This document shows positions 61,301 to 64,000 of a stretch of DNA of 64,000 nucleotides, one piece after another. Position 1 is the stretch's first letter. Each line of letters opens with the position of its first letter. The notes beneath the pieces were generated by a model that did no database searches, was not told where the DNA came from, and saw only the letters and a program-made list of their open reading frames with translations. Both the position numbers and the translations under genes were made by a program. Source of the stretch: Schmidtea polychroa (taxonomy: Eukaryota); assembly GCA_044892525.1 (NCBI GenBank), contig CM097886.1, positions 35,898,001 to 35,962,000 of the forward strand. The letters run 5' to 3'.

Positions 61301-64000
61301 GCCTGTCTACATTCCTCTATATCTCTCAGGGAGTATCTTTCTCCTATTATCGAATTGTCACAGTCGTAAATAGTAAATCCCGCGGCTCCACTTGTGCAGA
61401 GCATCCATATCATCATGGTCATCATTAGTGAATTAATCGACGCTTTTCTGCTGGCTGGGTCTTTCAATGGCAATTCCCATTCTAGCTCGTTTAGTAACTT
61501 CTTCAACCGAATTTGCATTGATCTCTCCTGCTCGTTTTTTCGTGGCGCTTGTATGAGTCTTTTCCACCCACCGGCGCGGATAATATGTGGTTCGATTGTA
61601 TTTTCAATGATTGTGACGGTCATTTCTACATGATTTGCGAATTGTTTGTTTGGTATTTTTCTCGCTGCTAATCCCATCAAATTGTACATTAGATACGTTA
61701 ACACTACTAAATGATGTTCGTCGTCGTTTGCGTTTAAAGTTAATTGTTCAATTACTCTTCTTGTCTCTTCCCAATCGGTTTTAGTGGTTTTTGTCTTCTC
61801 TTTGATTAATTTCGGAATTATTCCGGATATTGTATTCCATAGTTGTCTGGCGTCTACGCTTGCTACTTTTCGTTGCCATAACCGTCGCAATTGTGGGTTC
61901 GTTATTATTAGCATATCTTTTACTAGCTCTCGTATCCATTTTTCGCCTCTTTCGATAGTTGGCTGGGCCTCTTTTAGATCCCACACTATTTTATCCAGTT
62001 TCTCTAATCTGACTTGTCCTTGTTCTTGTTTCAGTTGTTCTCTAGTTTTAAATTCCGGTTTTTCTCCTTGCTTCTTGGGTCTCCCTTTTGCCCGTTTTTC
62101 CATCATTGTTCCGGTTTCCCTTGTATTTTCATAATTCGGGTTCCTCTCGTTATCCGTTCTTGGCAATGAGCTATCGTTATTTCTCAGCCATTCGTTCCAT
62201 TCGTCTATTATTTTGTCCGTTTGACCTTCTGGTGTTGCTTTCGTTGGTCCTTTCTGTCGTTGGAACTGTTCGTCGGTTTCGGTTTCTGTTGTATTATCGA
62301 TAATCTCCTCGATACTCAGCTTATTTGGCTGCTGATAGCTAGTTGACGGTTGGCCTGTTGTCCATATTTCGGCTCCTGTCGGCCATCTTACCAGAATTGG
62401 TGATCTTTCTCCAGCTCCTTCATCGCTGTCTTCCAATATAATTTCCTCGATTTCCTCGGTTTCATTCGTTTTACTTGCCACTTTGTCGGGGCTTGGTGTA
62501 CTCAAGCTACCTTTCGTAAGTTTACTGGATTTGCTCTTCCTTTTAATCGGTTTTCCCAATGTTTCTGCCATTGTCAATACATTGATCTCCCCCAATCTCA
62601 TGGGTGTTATTCCGACATCTGCATTATCATCCAACGATTTTCCGAATAGTTGTAGGTGAAATGGAGTTTCGTATGCTAATTTCTTTTTTAACTCTCTGAT
62701 CTTTGTTGTTGGATGTACTTCTGTATCCTCAATGCTTTTGTCGGGATACTTGACTCGGATACGATACCTTTCCTGGGTATCTTGTGCCCATTCTTGGTTT
62801 CTCCATTTCCTAATAATTTGTTCTAGCTGTTCTGGGTACCATTCGTTATATTGTCTGTATTCCTCAATCGCTTTCGCCATTTCTCTTAGATTGTGGATAT
62901 TCTCTGATGTCTTTAGGATGATGTTAGCCAATGCTATTACTTGACGTTTTTGATTTTTTGTTCCCGTTGCTAAGATATCACCTAATTGTTTATATCTTTC
63001 CTTCTCTTCTCGTTCTCGAGCTTCCATCGCTTCTTCGCTGTCCATATCGGCATATTCGCGTTCTTTCTTTCTCATCGCATGAATATGTCTGGTTTCCGTT
63101 TCACTTTCTGATGTAACATCCGTTTCGCTTTCGTCGTCCGATGTCGATTCTATTTCGTCCTCTTCGTATTTTGGAGGTTCATCTTCCTCTTCTTCTGATT
63201 CGCTTTCTATCTCACCAATGTCTGTTTCCACGAAAATCCCTTTCCTGATTTCCCATTCTTTGTTTTCCGCATTCCACGTCCTTTCCCATGGGGTTCGTCT
63301 GCAGGATCTAACACTTAGTTTCTTTATTTTTCCTTGAAGCTCTTTTTCTCTTAGCCACTGTTGATGAATTTCAATTATCTCTACTGATTTTTGATATAGC
63401 GTTTTCATCCTGTCTCGTATTTCTTTCTGGTATGTTATATCTCTTGTTCGGAATTCGTCCATGGGCAATATTCTGATGATTTGATGATTATCCCACATTC
63501 CCATTTCGCTTAGCGAGGTGTCGTCTTCGGCCCGTAATATTATTTTATCGTACATCATGACTACGTCATCTATCATCCCGTCGCTACTCTCGCTTCGTAC
63601 TTTTTCCGTTATCTCTTGGTTTATCTTGGTTACTAAGTCATCCACCGTACTCTGATTACTCATCTTTATTCGTCGTTTCTCCTCGTTTGGTAACCATATG
63701 GTTATTTCTAATTTCTGCGGTTGCGTTTCTTTCAACCTTCCATATTTGTGGATCAAATTTATGGTTCTCCAATCGCTCATCCTGAGCAATTCTGTATCTC
63801 GTAATCGGCTCATTAGTTCATGCATGTCTGGAGTTCGTCTTGCTATGAGTAAATCCCAGTTATCTTCGACTTGTTCTTGAATTTGTTTGATTAATTTATC
63901 TAGATTTCGTCGCAAGGTGCATTGTTTTATTTGTTCCAGCTTCAGTTTGATGTTAAAGTCATACTCGGCCTTGGCGTCTTTAGCCCATTCGTGAATATTT
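52351..64000 (-). CDS. Giant polyprotein, copy B; 5' incomplete
   Basis: Frame stays open past the track start (63915) to the window edge (NIHEWAKDAKAEYDFNIK...); same domain order as A. Confidence 0.95.
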   Translation of the reverse strand, partial: NIHEWAKDAKAEYDFNIKLKLEQIKQCTLRRNLDKLIKQIQEQVEDNWDLLIARRTPDMHELMSRLRDTELLRMSDWRTINLIHKYGRLKETQPQKLEITIWLPNEEKRRIKMSNQSTVDDLVTKINQEITEKVRSESSDGMIDDVVMMYDKIILRAEDDTSLSEMGMWDNHQIIRILPMDEFRTRDITYQKEIRDRMKTLYQKSVEIIEIHQQWLREKELQGKIKKLSVRSCRRTPWERTWNAENKEWEIRKGIFVETDIGEIESESEEEEDEPPKYEEDEIESTSDDESETDVTSESETETRHIHAMRKKEREYADMDSEEAMEAREREEKERYKQLGDILATGTKNQKRQVIALANIILKTSENIHNLREMAKAIEEYRQYNEWYPEQLEQIIRKWRNQEWAQDTQERYRIRVKYPDKSIEDTEVHPTTKIRELKKKLAYETPFHLQLFGKSLDDNADVGITPMRLGEINVLTMAETLGKPIKRKSKSSKLTKGSLSTPSPDKVASKTNETEEIEEIILEDSDEGAGERSPILVRWPTGAEIWTTGQPSTSYQQPNKLSIEEIIDNTTETETDEQFQRQKGPTKATPEGQTDKIIDEWNEWLRNNDSSLPRTDNERNPNYENTRETGTMMEKRAKGRPKKQGEKPEFKTREQLKQEQGQVRLEKLDKIVWDLKEAQPTIERGEKWIRELVKDMLIITNPQLRRLWQRKVASVDARQLWNTISGIIPKLIKEKTKTTKTDWEETRRVIEQLTLNANDDEHHLVVLTYLMYNLMGLAARKIPNKQFANHVEMTVTIIENTIEPHIIRAGGWKRLIQAPRKNEQERSMQIRLKKLLNELEWELPLKDPASRKASINSLMMTMMIWMLCTSGAAGFTIYDCDNSIIGERYSLRDIEECRQASPNKLDIVKKKVSYHVYQESDFIRTQARECVVSKKVLAYYCGQYSYSTLILPGLDKEIVPIQREDCKELFRTGAMRIRDGVTIHGQSGMIKTESIYVAGRVKSTDGSCNGGTYTIRGEVISGVVVIESYTVELKEYEAQFDANNYQMKTNPACRATENVCRTGISTIIYEANTQKCRLQLLKSALFNEVKGEIYENEDDDEENGNVRMRNGKPVPPSPKEKRLTTQKTPTALITDDPDIGMRFIREKETTKCDSIVYRTNYAGIYMSRQVIDRAVGKVATEDVKLYLYANNKMDFLFHRGQTTMQKVYYDLIQNDCSLNKEILKTKLAIAITHPDNTMPSLPLPDGHFGRMVGEVMYTYACTKTFARLPRKPTIPPGKCANELEISYKGRNRFVQPVTRIMNPIGFYPNTFNCSNAYGPLYEKPDGKWIMLPVKTEVQEPKKFGLIELATEQDFKPIDVSKAGMYSPEDLETARLNVLFPARRESILSNMVTITGGTNFQSGPNYELLLSPDHFQQATSNMMKAMWGRFLVFGQMMAGILGIILIIQIVRVILTQMLACFDIYKREKKVNWKLIVGFLPFLAKTMVLHGHSKDIHRIKRLIKILTKIKGTDEEVGRRFRKTMYDEATRTQLKKNKPKFLDRFRNRSNSSDSDDDDNGNDKYPYPSRNPNEKPIETAPYWEKEKTNTWIANGSYIPPDIVGQQTALTMTQNMYPQLPSQPGMNYMPTRRTKSVDQADDVRTIAVMSSPGGAAVTVMIQINGKETSAMIDTGANVSAIAINQIPSKCWKDIEQTTIHIIACSKETVDVVGRWWTTLRYQDNEIETYLAVIPKLSEPCIIGTDLMPELFKEVVIDLTTMCLKDKMGRICKMNAIIRCPEKIIVPAKSQMICQIKVDAGMEGEVIFEPSKSFEKRRELPLAREIITINEDGEIPINITNFEEEDKIIYENERLGRLTPMIDIELPKITNETTKADELWIIDSTLLTEKEKERLQQLLIEYKDIFAISDLDLGACDVTLHAIPLIDETPIALRPYKLAEKQKEIAEAEVQKMLDAQVIEPSCSPWQFPVVMVKKKDGTQRFCIDYRKLNAVTKRDTYPLPDINEMLLMLQGAAYFTSLDLKSGYWQIKVKEEDKEKTAFTLGRDLYQFRKMPFGLTNAPASFQRCMNFVTHGIKQCMVYIDDLLIYSATFEQHLEDIRNVFVRLRQWKLKLKPSKCDWAKEKVTFLGHIVSAKGKEPDPRNLEKIKTCPAPKTVTQVQEFLGLCGYYRKFIKNYAGIAKPIQELVKKDISFIWGAEQQKAFETLRDKLIEAPILVHPDFKKPFLLATDASGYAAGAILGQLDEEGKERVIGYYSRTFKKHEKNYSVTEREALAIIQAIKHFRYLLWGHEICITTDHQPLVWLGQHKEASSRLMRWAMQLQEYSPFIKFKAGRANANADCMSRFIFPDLVDHEMQRICLMVAEDLDFCQLRKDQQGDTELKQIIEYVKTGKAEVYEKDQKLKEHMDKHRHRYIIEKDWLLIMDGEKRLMCIPENRRKDLLTQYHDGRLGGHMSSKKTLARMKQKYFWPTLTEDVTEWVKNCITCATRKNTGTKWKAPLKPMPVPAEPMTMISMDVVGPLPESDRGNIYILVITDYLTKFPEAFAMADQKARTIAKILVEEICCRYGTPKQILTDQGTNFMSEIMSEVTNYFKIAKLRTSPYHPQTNGMTERFNGTLIQMLSNYVDRHQRDWDEYIKLCLMAYRMSIHASTKMSPFKLMYGRECNMPMDLEYQPPISQYMEIDDYVTKFKERMREIWETAGLNIKFYQESYKELHDRKKNVKQHTFQTGDWVMIETPELIPGTTKKLQRNGKGPYEILFVGETNVRVRLINNPFTRPIYVNVARCKPIPKTATSQPEGRTLTTRSQTYRINMLQQINEPTGNRLGLQPSEAEKIIKEVKVKMPRWAEDRLDFEILGGLLTMIENYANRERTHPLLRVVKSQWPILFTITDHYGDTPLHKLLKVGSNEQILETIEAFRDCNISTDQENNQGYTPLMIAANRDKAKDIIIALLETGSKITTQDHNQKNALHHAIEGKSTEAFIILVDLISYEDNREMGNMYDGLLTAIKEKLTTITGILIAWRNPIKNDYMVDINETFTKGENTLMREAMRGHHLFEIPNQLLQRGIKFSNHKDEQLIRKRITNFEKAISQFTDKVQVKFWDTVSVLHMMETMNNIRENYLSIIQVLTAEERINSSNKKKIKMKKVKARESEEQVDQPITDIATTSKPKIINSDQEIVVRKAKEVFFEEMQDLSDEAILAKITKTVHTYARDQTTNLDIGKIKTFIPLAFTLPTKDSRTPLQQAILAAKENRAITIIRILRDFGEESNAKNEQGETAMMYAAITNIHPKTLHILHQSGSRLDERSNEGNSTMDWATIQPNLEMIRFICKNATRTEVENICKNTSQFQWNTIRMNLEAMKLLLTWRIPQSNKYAININEFYENGENAMVKNTLTKGGTPKIIMIVLNREDLKFTQNLHEQKRIGKHRRIQLRELVKEWNRKRHVATGRKEFEPEAKLARNRVLTAYRRLLNEINVEDDILNDRGGDKDDKDDKDDDNNEKGRNGNKEKEKSEENNQENNDASRKKEENNPRNRRKQEEKTNSGKQRVCLLFTNKEMETNMMIMILVLTMVEMITAQGGMRTIKEAKETENKDNKEEELKQEKKKQVQEQQWDLKEEWDLKERCILGRCMSRAYQRLVLKNEDAEPITEVRIQEAYRNREGKRITKVKGKEVHLGKGGEVVITQLQPRKEHKVCIARLRPGEDCLQYVIQQQPPKEYTICIWRKDTARECRRYPGKRGKKRKIDDEKDEQGKRKKNSEKHQDNYVSEEEMEKIQKMAKEGMNEEIARIRGMMKGNGKDGNLKSTEAISTITSKEKAEIISIKQMMWISGIIITGAFLIITGGTIKIIKDRRHHGELEMARIRNFQHRVKRPSNIKQEQWVEAWNAQRPPSSRI

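Larger units (their letters stand above)
43121..64000 (-). mobile_element. Giant Ty3/gypsy-type LTR retroelement, copy B (5' part outside window)
   Basis: Colinear with copy A over all ORFs and the LTR. Confidence 0.95.

Overview
AT-rich eukaryotic (animal-like) DNA made almost entirely of nested transposable elements; no prokaryotic genes, rRNA, tRNA or CRISPR array were seen. Two diverged, convergently oriented copies of a giant Ty3/gypsy-type LTR element dominate the window: A (+, <1-21611) and B (-, 43121->64000), both cut by the window edge. Each has one uninterrupted polyprotein ORF (>4,200 codons in A). Its order is: acidic N-terminal region with 3 ubiquitin-like folds, Bcl-2-like domain, internal signal peptide, class III-like (chuvirus-type) envelope glycoprotein with TM, aspartic protease, RT, RNase H, integrase, ankyrin repeats, second signal peptide, FN3-like type I membrane protein. 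Five accessory ORFs follow, including a complete TRAF (RING-ZnF-coiled coil-MATH), then a ~4 kb LTR (TGTTGG...CCAACA) that itself encodes proteins. A third, more distant relative is present as a 5.6 kb solo LTR (C, -, 36120-41749, 4-bp TSD CTTT). All three LTRs share, near their 3' end, a covarying structured RNA with an invariant AGUACCAA bulge whose architecture recalls hepadnaviral epsilon. The 21.5 kb between A and B holds a decayed RLE-type LINE, a decayed hAT, a non-autonomous MULE (9-bp TSD), gypsy pol debris and one intact hAT element (perfect TIR, 8-bp TSD, 599-aa transposase). Inference: A/B/C resemble the giant 'Burro' gypsy elements I recall being described in the planarian Schmidtea mediterranea (Grohme et al. 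2018), reported with Bcl-2-like and ankyrin cargo. That identity and the novelty of the TRAF, in-polyprotein Env, LTR genes and U5 RNA need database checks. All domain calls are by-eye motif recognition, not HMM results.
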